A DNA stretch of 64,000 nucleotides from Proteromonas lacertae (lineage: Eukaryota). The stretch's first letter is position 1. Each line of letters opens with the position of its first letter. The notes below the pieces were generated by a model, which saw nothing but the letters and a program-made list of their open reading frames with translations, did no database searches and was not told where the DNA came from. This document shows positions 13,924-25,625 of the stretch, piece after piece. The position numbers and the translations under genes were made by a program. The DNA lies in NCBI GenBank assembly GCA_002245135.1, contig NGBS01000323.1, positions 1 through 64,000 on the forward strand. The letters run 5' to 3'.

Positions 13924-14598
13924 TTAATCACTAAATGGTGTAGTACCAACTACAGTTTTTATCTCTGTTATATTTGAACATTCTTTCAACCATCTCTTTA
14001 TATTTGGGTATAAATCACTTTCTTCTTTAGACAAAGTGTTACTAAATAAAGGCAAACAAACACAGAATAATGGCACATCTGCAAATGTGAAATTATCTCC
14101 TAACATGAATTTCTTCCCTTCCAATTCATTGTTTATAATATCTACATGTTGTTTTATATCTTTTAAGGTTGTTTCATAATTTGGAGATTCTTTTGGTAAT
14201 TTCAACAATGAATTATAGGGTCTTTCTAATTCATTCATTGAAAAATCAGTCCACTATTCATTATGAAATATAAAAGAATAATTATACTCTATCAATCAAA
14301 CCTTGATCAAATAATGTATTTCCTAAATATTTTTTAGCTGAATGGTTTGTTTGAAATATCCTGAAAATAGCATTAGACTGAGTAAACTTGTAATAACCCA
14401 TTGATAATATTGGTGCCTAATTAAATCTTGCATATATTATACCTGCTCATTTTCACCAACATTCTTAGTTCTAGGAATAAAATGAGTTAATTGAGCTGCA
14501 ATTGACACCTAGGAACAATATTACTTCATTGACTATACTTTATTCGATTCAATGCTCTTATTTGCAATTAAATTAAACATACCATTGACTGTATCCAT
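13924..14598 (-). CDS. GST-fold protein, eEF1B-gamma N-terminal-like
   Basis: The spliced product (3 introns) contains FTQSNAIFR, LGNTLFDQGLIDRWTDFS, LEGKKFMLGDNFTFADV and YPNIKRW. Confidence 0.85.
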
Positions 14599-14684
14599 AG
14601 CGAGGAATTAACAAAATGAAAGAAAAGAGAAGAATATCTCAAACCTGTTTGAAGTGTTTTTGTTTTTTATTTCATTCACTTGAA

Positions 14685-15062
14685 ATGGTATGTGATAAAT
14701 GCGCTAAGAAACTACAAAAAATAATTGTACCAGATACTTGGAAAGAAGGTTCTATGAATAATACAGGTGGTGAAAAAGCTGGTATAGAATTATATTTTAT
14801 TCTATTAAATTAGGAGGTAAAGGAAAAGGCAGAGAAGTTAATCCTAACCAATTACTATCGAAGTTAAAGAATAATAGGTAAGATTATCGAGATATAGTTC
14901 TCTAGATTTACACAAGATGGTTCCCATATATGTAGAATATGTAAGAAACCTGTTCATCAATGGGCTAATTATTGTAACGATTGTGCTTATAAAAAAGGAA
15001 TTTGTGCTAGATGTGGTAAAAAAGTGGTAGACACTTCAGAATATAGAATGAGTAGTAGATAG
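14685..15062 (+). CDS. CRIPT: Cysteine-rich PDZ-binding protein CRIPT
   Basis: MVCDKCAKKL..VPDTWKEG N-terminus and CRICKKPVHQ..YCNDCAYKKGICARCGKKVVDTSEYRMS C-terminus; two short introns. Confidence 0.93.
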
Positions 15063-15259
15063 GAGTAAAGTATTTCTAAGTATTTATTATATTTGTTTTT
15101 TTGATTATGATTTGTTTGTTTTATCTCTTACCATAATAAACAATAACAATAACAATGTAATAATAATATAATAGTAAGCAATTTTACAGGAGATTTAAAC
15201 GAAAAAAATGTATAAAAGAAAGAATTGTTGTTTTTTTAGTTTGAATTAAAATTAGGTCT

Positions 15260-18028
15260 TTAATTGGGAGTAGGAGAAATTGGTCTAGAATTAGCCATCG
15301 GCTCATTAGTTGCTTTAAACGCTTTATATTCATCACTTTCTAAGAATTGATCTAACAATTCACTCTCCATCTTTGTCTCAGCTACTTTTTCAGCTGGTAA
15401 GAATAGAGCAGGGTTTGGATCTTTGTATGATGATTCTATTTTTGTATAAACATCTTCAGGTAAATCAATATGCATCTTACAATTCTTTAATATATATTTA
15501 TGAACAATTTTATTTGATTTGACTTTCATAAAACCAGAATCTGGAATTAATTTATATTCTTCAGCTTCAATCCAAAAGAAGAATAGATTTATTTCTATAT
15601 ATATATATATAATATATACGTTTAACTCTAGTGCAAAATAATTTGAAATAATTTGAACAAATAGGATGATGTAAAACATCTTGAATATGTTGAACAACTA
15701 ATACTTTCTTAATCTCTTCTTCCATCTTAACTTCTTTAACTCTATCTTTCTTTTGTTTCTTATCAGAATTCACTACTTTAATCATCTCAGCACATTGATC
15801 ACTCATTACAAATGATGGAAATAGTGAATCTTTCATCAATGCATATACTTCATCAATTGCATGTTGGAACATTCGTGGAGATGGCTCTTTTTTCGCTAAA
15901 CTTGCTTCTGTAAATGCTAAGGCTTCTTTTGATACAGTAACTGGCTGTCTTGCTGTTTTAGCTAAGTATCTTTGATATATTTTCTTACCTCTTGCTGCTG
16001 ACAATTGTGATTTTGGTATTCTCATAAAATCTTCTACATCTATCCAGAAGTATAAACAAGCATCATAAAACTGTGCTGATAAATATAATTCAAAGTATTT
16101 ACAGTAATGCGATGTATGTAAAATATCATCGAAACTGATTGGACATTCAAATTTTACATCTGTTAAATAGGTATCTTCAATATCATGAGCATTTTCTAAG
16201 AATTTCAAATATGTTGGATTTTGTAAGAAATTGAAATATTCTTCATTTTCCAATACTTGTACTACTTCATTCACTATATTATCGAACAAAGTTGGTTTAC
16301 ATTCTGAAGCTAATCCAATCTTAGATCTTACAGATTTCTTCAAAGTTTCATCGATATTTAATTCTTGTTTACTCCCTCTTTGAATGTATTTAACATATAT
16401 TTTTCTAGCTCTTCCCATTATATAATCCTTCCTTGTCATTGGAATAGCTTTATACTCTTGCACTTCTTTATAAAAACGTATTAAATTACGATTTAATGGA
16501 TTCTGTATTGATCCATCAAACATTTGACACAAGGTTTGATTTAATAAGATTTCTGTAATAGTATGGACAGCTTTGGATGTAATATTTGTTAATAATTGAA
16601 AATCTTGATGACTGGCTCTTCTATTCTTCTTATTTTCAGCTTCTTCTTCATATTGGTGGTATTCCTCTGACTCTAAAAATGCATCTAAATAATTCTCCAT
16701 CAAAAATGTTAATGACATATCACTTGATAGATTAAATACATCATATGGATATTGACCTTCTCCATCCCATGTTCCTAGTCGATCTACTACTGCTTTTGCT
16801 ATATTTGAATCATCAATAACTTGTTGCAATGCTCCTTTACGAATGTATTTATCATATATCTTAGATGCTTGTGTTAAGAAGAATTCTCTACTAAGTGCTT
16901 TTTCTCTTTCAATCATTGCTTCATCTTCTACTATTTCACCTGGAAGATTGGTTTTTTGATTTTCTATTGATTTATATATTAATAATTACATATATATTTA
17001 TATACCATCTCTCATTGCACTAAACATATTATAAAATTCATTCACATCCAAATAAAACAGCAAATGTTCCATTCCACCATTTATTCTCTGTATATATTGC
17101 TTAAAATAAAAACATTTTCTACTACTATTTAATATTTTTTCCATCATTGCTTTTCTTCTTCCTACTTCTATCTTTTGTGTGGTTGTAACAAACATATCCA
17201 TATTGGAAAATGCTGTTTTTTGCTCAATTTCTAATCTTGTTTCTTTTTCTAAAATGACTTTGAATTTTTCAAATACTTCGTTGTGTAATAACTCGAAACA
17301 TTGTTTTTGGAAGTAATTGAATATTGTATCTGATGGAATTTCACATGTGTATAATTCTTGCTGTAATTCTTCTTTTTCTAGTTGTTCTGATTGAATCTAA
17401 TATTGTTATAATTGATAATATATACTGGAGTACTTGCAAACTGTGAAAAATATCGATTATATATCTCATTTGCTCTTTTTGCTCTAAATTCAGATTTTGG
17501 TAAAGATGAATAATCTTCTACTTCAATCCAAAATAAAAGACAATTCAGTAGTAAGTTTTGACTGCCTTCTACTTTATCTTTAGACTTTTCAAAGATATCA
17601 GTTAAATATTTCCTGAATCTCTTACAAGCTCTTGTATCCTATTATTTAAAATTATTTATTACAATGATACTTTTAATATTATATCCAATGAAGAATCCAT
17701 AACCATTGAGCTTCTTAATGCACTTCCTCTCTTAGAAGTGACAGCTGCTCCTAGTACAGCTTCTTCATCATCACAATGTTTTATTGCCTTTTTTAAATTC
17801 TCTTCTACTGAGGATTTAGAATCACTATCTTCACTATTATCTCCATCAGATTCTGGGCCTCCAAATTTGTGTTTCGTTTTATTAATTCTACTTTTTGGAC
17901 GTGGTACAGCTTTTGGTACTGTTGGTTCTTGACCTATCAAACACATTATTTTAAGAAATACTTGGCGCTGGTTGCACTTGATTTTTCTTAGGTGGTGGTG
18001 CTTTTGGTTTACTCTCTTTACTTCCCAT
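15260..18028 (-). CDS. Protein with five tandem RGS domains and an N-terminal myristoylation-type MG start
   Basis: Starts MGSKESKPK. Five RGS-like blocks of the form (L/F)xF(W/Y)xxVxx(Y/F)..AxxIYxxY(I/L) (LLFWIEVEDY, LLFYLDVNEF, IRFYKEVQEY, LYFWIDVEDF, FFFWIEAEEY); five short introns. Confidence 0.88.
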
Positions 18029-18218
18029 TCTCTATTTCATTAAAATAACGAAAATAGAAAACGAATAAACATAAAACGAATCTGTTTTCGGAAACAATTG
18101 GAATTGTATTTAACAGTTACACTCTCTATTAAATCAATTCATATGCCAACAAATAAATTCAATGAATTCAATATTTTTTTTAGTACAAATAAATAGAAAT
18201 TACAGTTTTACAACATAA

Positions 18219-21200
18219 TTAGAAAAACATAGTCGTCTTTCTACTAGCTGTATTTGGATTCATCATTATACTAGCCTTATGAGTTGTATCTTTCTTCACA
18301 GAAATTGAAGATTGCTTATGTGGATTTAAATCAATATTAAATTTCGTAACATGGATCTTAAAAGGATCTAATTGATTTAAATCAGTCACATAAGTAGGTA
18401 AAGGTTGTGGATCGACATTTCTCTTCTTCTGTGACATCATAATAATTGGTTCAGGTAATTCTGAACTTCTATCACTCTTAAAAATTAGATTATGAATAGC
18501 CCAAATTATATTCTCTAATCTATCATATCTCAATATCAAATTATGCAATTCCGTTAATAAATAATTGCTATCAATTAACTTCATTATTCCATACCTTTTT
18601 AATACAGTTTCAACTGTACTAATCTTTTTATCAACTGGATCAATCATACATAATCTATTAAATACACTTCCCATTGTATTATTATTATTATTATTATTAT
18701 CTCCTCTTGCATGACTTAAACTAGCAAATGATTTCTTTGTATCTAATCTTTTCTCCAGAAAACTCACTTTTGTTTCCATTATACCAAATATTTTTTCTAA
18801 ATACAATGTATTTTGTACTGGTTCACAAAAGATTATATCAATCAATTCATTTAATATTTTGTAATATTTTCTAGCATCATATTGTCGATTAATTCTAAAT
18901 GAACGTAGTAATAAATCCAAAGCACATTTCGGCTCTAAATATCCATCATTTTCTGTTAATATTTCATTGTATATACTACTTACTCTATTTTTTGTTCCTT
19001 TATCTAAACGATCAATTCTTTTGTGTATATAAGTATCTCGATTGACAGGTGTTGTTAATAAACTCTTTATTTCTTGAATATCAAATTCAAATCGATATCT
19101 TGTTATATTTCCATTTGCATTTGGAGCATTATTACCACCTCCACTTACACCTGTTGCTGTTGATCCTCCACTTAATACTGCTGAAATTCTATTGGACAAT
19201 TTTCTACTTTGTGTCATTGTGCTTTTCCTAGCTCCAAATCCTGTGTATTGTTTAGATGATTTTCGATCAATAGATGGTTGAGATATATTTTGAGTTGTAA
19301 CAGAGTTCATCTCTCTTGATCCCCATTCACTTTTAGTTAAAAATACAAATGGAATAGAATGGAATATTGGATTATAAGATTTCCAACATTCCTCCATCAT
19401 ATTCTTAAAAGCAATAAATCTATTGGAATTATCAATACTAATTTTCTTTATTTTATCATCCATTCCACCAATAGCGAGTAAACCTGTAGCAATATTTCCA
19501 CTAATTGTACCAATCACACCCATACCAATACATAATACAATCAAGCCTAAGATTCGAGCATATATCGTCACTGCTGTTATATCACCATAACCTAACGTTG
19601 TGACTGTAATAATATTAAACCAAATGACATTATCCAATTGTATAAACACTGAATTACTTGATTGATCCAACATCTTCAAAAATACAGCTGTTAATAATAC
19701 AAATACTACTGTAAAGATAGTTAGATAAAAACCAGGATGAGTAACCATCAAAGTAACTAGTTTATCTTGACTGGTTAAATTACGATAGAATCTAACTATA
19801 CGTAATAACTTAAACAATCTAAAAACTCTAAAAAACCTTCCAATCTTTGCTATTGATAATACTGACATTACACTAGAAGCATTTGTATCCATTAAACCTG
19901 GTAAATCTGTTAATAAAGCTAATATTTCCCACCATATATTATAACACCAATGTTTCCAATCTATAAACTCTTTTCCTTCACCAATTTGAGTGCAAGTTCT
20001 ACGGACAATATCTAAAGCGAAGGATGTTGAAATATATAAATCAGTCCATGAGAATATCTGTACAACTCTGTCAGGGAATCCATCAATATCTAAGAAAGGT
20101 GCTACTAATAAAACCAAACTAACAACTGTTAATATTAAGATTGTTATTTCAAAGGTTAATTCGAATTTACTCATTGCAACTGTTTCTATTGATACAGCTA
20201 ATATTGGAATACCATCTGCATCTAATTTATCCATTACACTTTTATCAGGAATTTTCTTTTCTTCTCTTTTTCTTTTATTGTTAATATACCATATTGAGAA
20301 TACTGTAAATAATGAAGCAATTAGTGTAAACACACCCCAAATGATATATAAATAGGTGAAATCATTAAGACATTTATCATTCGGATCATTTGCACAACTT
20401 CCTGTTGATTTCCATATATCACTATTGTCACTAATTCCATCATTATCTTCATCATATCTATCTTTACCTTCTTCAGGAAATATATCATAAGAATCGATCA
20501 TTTCATCATTGTCTTTATCAAGATCAATAAACTATATATAAATATAAATATTAATATATATTATCTATCTATACATTTACATAATATTCATTATTTTCTT
20601 TATGGATTACCCAAAATACAATATCACTATACATAAATACAGCATCTAAATCCTCCTGAGTACTAAACTGCTGTGGTAAAATATCGATTAATTCACATTT
20701 ACTATTTGGTAATATATCACGATGTTCATCATCTGTACTTACATGTAAATAATAATAATGAATATAACCAGTATTAATCATGTATAATAATGTATTTATA
20801 GATGAATCTATAAATACGATTGGATATTCAGATGTTAAATATTCAGTGTATGTTTTATCCTTTATTCTATAATATCTTATCATATAATTGAATGTATTTG
20901 GCTCTTTTAACAAATAAAATATTACTTGTCCAGCTAATAATACATTCTCTAATACAGTGTATTCACCAAACGTATAGTTACTCGGTTCAAATTTTCTTCT
21001 TATTAAAGAAGGCATTTCTAATAATTGAACGAACAATTCTGATTTGACTTGATCAGTTGGATTTGCTAGTCCGACATGACCATTAGTGTTGATTTTTACT
21101 TCATTCTGTGTGGCTATCCATAAACAATACACTTCATCCATATTATTATAATCAACATAATAAGAATGAGAGTTAATTGGTGATAATTGAACATGAAATG

Positions 21201-21906
21201 TTTTCCATGTTGTTAATGAGGATTTTAATCTAAATGATGAGTGTAACATTGAATTGTATAATACTGCTGTTGATTCTTCTGTCTTGTGGTCATATTCAAT
21301 ATATACAAAGTATCTACCAAATACTACTGGTTGAATGTAATCTATATCATTCTTTTGATATATATGATCAAATTCACTACTAAGAGCTTGATCTTTTAAA
21401 TTATATAATTGGATGTTGTAATGTTTTGTTACTTCGTTCAATTCAGACCATACAATAGAATTTCCATCAGAATTTAAGGCAGATATATTGTGTGATAAAA
21501 ATGATACACTACTGTATAACACTTCATATTTGTCTTTGTAGAATTCTAGATATTCTGTACCATGATGACTGAAATCAAAGAAACCATTTCCCCACCCATC
21601 ACTATATACACTGTATGGAACAAACACCTTTTCGAAGTCTTTTAAGTATAACATATCAACTGATTCTGTTCCTGTGTCTCCTACAAATATCAATACATTC
21701 TTAGCAAAAAATATCTGGTCATTCATATAGAATGAAGCATCTTTAGACCTTGAAAAACCTGAGGAAGTGATTGTAGTATCAAGTCTAACAGGAGGATATT
21801 TACCATCACGTGTCAGATATGTACATGATTCCTTTGCTATTTTATTAGGGGCAATAGCATCAACAACTGCACAAATGAGAAGAAAAAATGAAAAACGAAA
21901 ATTCAT
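18219..21906 (-). CDS. Voltage-gated-type K+ channel with signal peptide, ~480-aa ectodomain and an extra N-terminal TM helix (1214 aa spliced)
   Basis: Selectivity filter TVTTLGYGD and S4 KIGRFFRVFRLFKLLRIVR. A phase-0 intron 20532-20574 (GTATAG..TATAG) joins the 445-aa and 760-aa ORFs in frame. Confidence 0.88.
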
Positions 21907-21987
21907 TTCTCAAACCTATAGCTTGAATGTAACGAATATATTTTTATTTTATCTCATTTTTCTTCACAGAACAATCATAGAACACTA

Positions 21988-23241
21988 TTAATTAACATAT
22001 AGATGATATTTAATTGAATAATATACATTTGAGAAAATTTGCCTCAAACTAAGAGACATTGACATTTTTCCTTTGTCAGCAAAGCGAAGAGGATGAAAAG
22101 TATAAACATTTAAATGAATTTGAGGGTAATTATCATAATAGAATGTGGTGTTATCTTTATTCTTGAAATCATAATAAACACTCAAATCGTCATAAACTTC
22201 AGTGGTTGATAAAGACATATAACGAAATCCTAAAGTTGCTGATATTTTTGCAAATGCAGTTATTTTAAACGCAGAGTAGCATTCAATTACTGTTACTCCT
22301 TTCTTTATTATCCATATTAGATTTACTAATCCTGCACCATGAGGACTTATTATTATATCTCTATTCATTATTAACTTTATTTGATCTGAACTTTTCAATC
22401 CATCAAAATATATCATTTCTACATTTAAATCTATATTCATATATTTTTTAATACCATTTAACATTGAATAGATTTCATTTACATTTATTATTTTTCTAGC
22501 TGAATTACCACTTTTTCTGATTAATATACATACTTCTATCGATTTTGATTGCTTTTGATTGTTTTGATTATAATTTATTAATCTAAATCCAATATCTCGA
22601 AATTCTTTTGTAAGATTTGGATTATAAAAGTAAAAATCAATATATCCACTTCTTATACCAACATGAACTTTCTTAAAATATATTATATCATATTTTCTAT
22701 AAAATTTATCCATTGTGTCACCATAATAAAATTTAGTTTTGGATAGTTTTGATGCAATTATTTTTTGAATATAATTGTGCATTTCCATATAATCATATGT
22801 TGTATAATAGCTATCAAATATAACTTCATTTATAGGATTAAAATTCTTTTTGTCAGCTATATCGAAAAACATAAAATGATCTAACTGATGGTAGAGATTT
22901 TGACAATATGAACTGTGATACCATACTTCATCACTTGCCCATCTTACAGAAGTAGGTAAAGGCTCATAATGGTAAAAAAGTAAAGCAGAATACATACTAA
23001 GCGTGTTTTGTTGAAAAATAGTAACATTTATTTTATGATCAGTTACATACAATATGATTGTTCTAGCATTGTATTGCTGTTTTATAAAAGCAACATTTTC
23101 AAGTGTAACCCATAAATAACCCTGTTTTAATTCACTTACATGAATATACATACTACTCTGCTTTATTGTATTATTTTCACGAATGACCAAATTTTTACAT
23201 AATATTAAGTTAATAGTTATCATAATAAGCGATAATTTCAT
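21988..23241 (-). CDS. Glycosyltransferase family 61 (DUF563/EOGT-like), intronless
   Basis: RKIINVNE..QIKLIMNRDIIISPHGAGLVNLIW..VIE GT61 signature, NLYH motif and a hydrophobic N-terminus starting at ATG 23241. Confidence 0.85.
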   Translation of the reverse strand: MKLSLIMITINLILCKNLVIRENNTIKQSSMYIHVSELKQGYLWVTLENVAFIKQQYNARTIILYVTDHKINVTIFQQNTLSMYSALLFYHYEPLPTSVRWASDEVWYHSSYCQNLYHQLDHFMFFDIADKKNFNPINEVIFDSYYTTYDYMEMHNYIQKIIASKLSKTKFYYGDTMDKFYRKYDIIYFKKVHVGIRSGYIDFYFYNPNLTKEFRDIGFRLINYNQNNQKQSKSIEVCILIRKSGNSARKIINVNEIYSMLNGIKKYMNIDLNVEMIYFDGLKSSDQIKLIMNRDIIISPHGAGLVNLIWIIKKGVTVIECYSAFKITAFAKISATLGFRYMSLSTTEVYDDLSVYYDFKNKDNTTFYYDNYPQIHLNVYTFHPLRFADKGKMSMSLSLRQIFSNVYYSIKYHLYVN

Positions 23242-23338
23242 TTTTGAAATTTTAGAATTCAAACTTCTGAGTTTGTCATTTTTGGTCTTATAATAGTAAT
23301 ATTAATTCATCACACAACAACAAAATAGAGTAATAAAT

Positions 23339-24113
23339 TTAAAAAATAGTTAGAAGAGCAAAGCAAATATAGAATAATAACACTGGATAGCTTATTAAAT
23401 ATCTTTGAGCTCTCATATTCAAATAATATTCAAAAAATCTAGTAGCTGTAACTGTACACCATCCAATAATGAGAAAAGTCAAGATAATTCCAAACAAAGA
23501 ATTCATATTCAACAAACACTTCACAATTGCTAATATTCCAATTGGTATAAGCGAATAACCCATTATACTAGTTGTATGACACCAACCGATGTAATTCTTT
23601 TGACATAACAAATTCAAAACTGCGTACATTAAAAATGAGCCAAAAAAGCCAAAACCATAAATATAACCAAAATGAATTCTACCAGACTATTTCAATATAT
23701 CATAATTAAGATATAGACAATTTAAATATACTAATAATAGTAGAAAACCTAAGCCTAAACAAAACAATAAAGGACCAGCTAAATCTGCATCTTCTACAAC
23801 GTCTTTTTCAAGCTTACGTAGTGGGTTTAATGAAGCTAATACTTTTTGATATATATGACGAAAATCAAATCCAAGTTCTATGTTTCATAGTGACAATTTT
23901 ATACCTTCTAATAAAGGAGGTTCGTTTTCATAATCTTCTACTTCAGTATATTCATTTTGACTAATATCACCTGTAGGAACTTGATAATTATTGTAGTATT
24001 GTTCATTATTACTAAAACAATAACAAAGTAATATACTCAGCAGCAGCCCATGAATTGTCATTATATTCACCACCAAAAGGATTTAAGTTCATGTCTGACA
24101 TTGGAAGGGCCAT
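23339..24113 (-). CDS. YIPF5: Yip1-domain Golgi/ER protein (YIPF5/7-like)
   Basis: DYENEPPLLEELGFDF, DADLAGPLLFCLGLG, FGYIYG, SIMGYSLIP and LISYPVLLFY motifs; three introns. Confidence 0.92.
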
Positions 24114-24201
24114 TATATAAGTCAAAAATTAAGAAATTTAAAAAAAGTGATTGTGAAACGGACTATAATTTCAATAATTTTCAAGAATAAGTGCAAATAT
24201 C

Positions 24202-25500
24202 ATGTTAGAAAAAGCATCTGTTAAATTTTCTGATGAAGAAAAGATTAAGATAGATAATGTATCCAAGAAAATAACAAAAGTGCACAGTATAGAAGTGAAT
24301 TTCATAGTTATAGATGAGAAATACAGAAACGAAATTATAGGTAGGTTTTTAAGAGATTATAATGGAAATGAAAATGAAGTATATAAACTAGTCAGCGAAT
24401 TATATGAATGGAGAGAAAAATATGGAATTAACAACGTCTTAGAAAATCCACAGTTTGAAGAAGTATAATAAATCAATAAAGTTGATCATATTTAGGCATA
24501 CAAAATCGTCACTCAATATGTCTTATTCAAATTACATAAAAAAGATAAACTTAACCAACCATTGTCTATTGTAAATTGTGGTCCAATGGTATTAAAAACT
24601 ATATTTCAAGTATATATATGATTATATATTATATATAAATAAATACAATAATAGAAAGTAACTGTAGAACAACTATTTCAAACTTTTTTCTACTATTTAG
24701 AATTGAATATGAAAATAATTCGAGAAGCTGAAGATAGTACAGGAAGTGATATATTGTCTATCGTCTCTATTTTAGACTTAGATGGTATATCGTTATATGC
24801 ATATATGTATAAACCAGGAATAAAAATCTTTGAAGTATAATTATAATAAAATGTATTATTATTATAGAAAGCTGTATATATTTATGAACATTATTTCGCT
24901 GGTTATGTAGGTAAAGTTTATTTATTAAATGTTCCTTGGATATATAAAATATTATGGTCAATTGTATCTCCAATGTTATCTGAAGCTAATCGTAACAAAG
25001 TGGTTATTATAAAGGAATATCCAGAATTATTTCAGTATTTTGATGAAGATGTTATACCTGAAAAGTATGGAGGAAAATGTAATTGTGAGAATGGAGGTTG
25101 TATTCCTATGCCAAATAGTGTAGATAATGGTTCTAACAATAGCAATGAAAATACATATCATTTAGGATGTAAAAGCTGGAGAAATGAAGGATATAAAGAT
25201 TAACGTAGTTTCTGGTGATAAAATTAGTTATAATGTTGTATGCGATTATTATGACATTAAATTTGGAATTAAATTAATGACACAAGAAGGCAAAGAAATT
25301 GAATTATTACAATCTAACAGGATTGATACTAGTTTAGAACCATTCAGAGGAATTTTAGCTTGTTGAAGAAAGTGGAGAATGTGTTGCTGTCGTGGATAAT
25401 AGTTATTCTTATTTTCACTCGAAATCTGTATATTTTGGATTTTTTCATCGAATGTGAAAGTCCTCTGTCACCTACTAATGATAGTTCACTATTTAATTAA
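24202..25500 (+). CDS. Sec14/CRAL-TRIO lipid-binding protein with C-terminal GOLD domain
   Basis: RFLRDY, KDKLNQP, ILDLDG, HYF..KVLFINVP and IPEKYGG motifs, then a GOLD-like YDIKFGI..WDNSYSYFHSK. Four introns and about three 1-nt insertion frameshifts at 25166-25391. Confidence 0.85.
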
Positions 25501-25625
25501 ATTAAATTTACATAGAATATAATATTTGTTTGTTAAATGTTGATTATTTGAAATAGGTTTGATACTTAGTTTGAACTTTTTTTTCAAATTTTTATCTAAT
25601 TTTCTTGATTTAAGGGAATATAATA

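Noticed and set aside
21988..23241. GT61 enzyme as a dedicated modifier of the EGF-containing surface protein or the channel ectodomain
   Set aside because: Proximity is the only evidence; eukaryotic neighbours are usually functionally unrelated and GT61 substrates are diverse.
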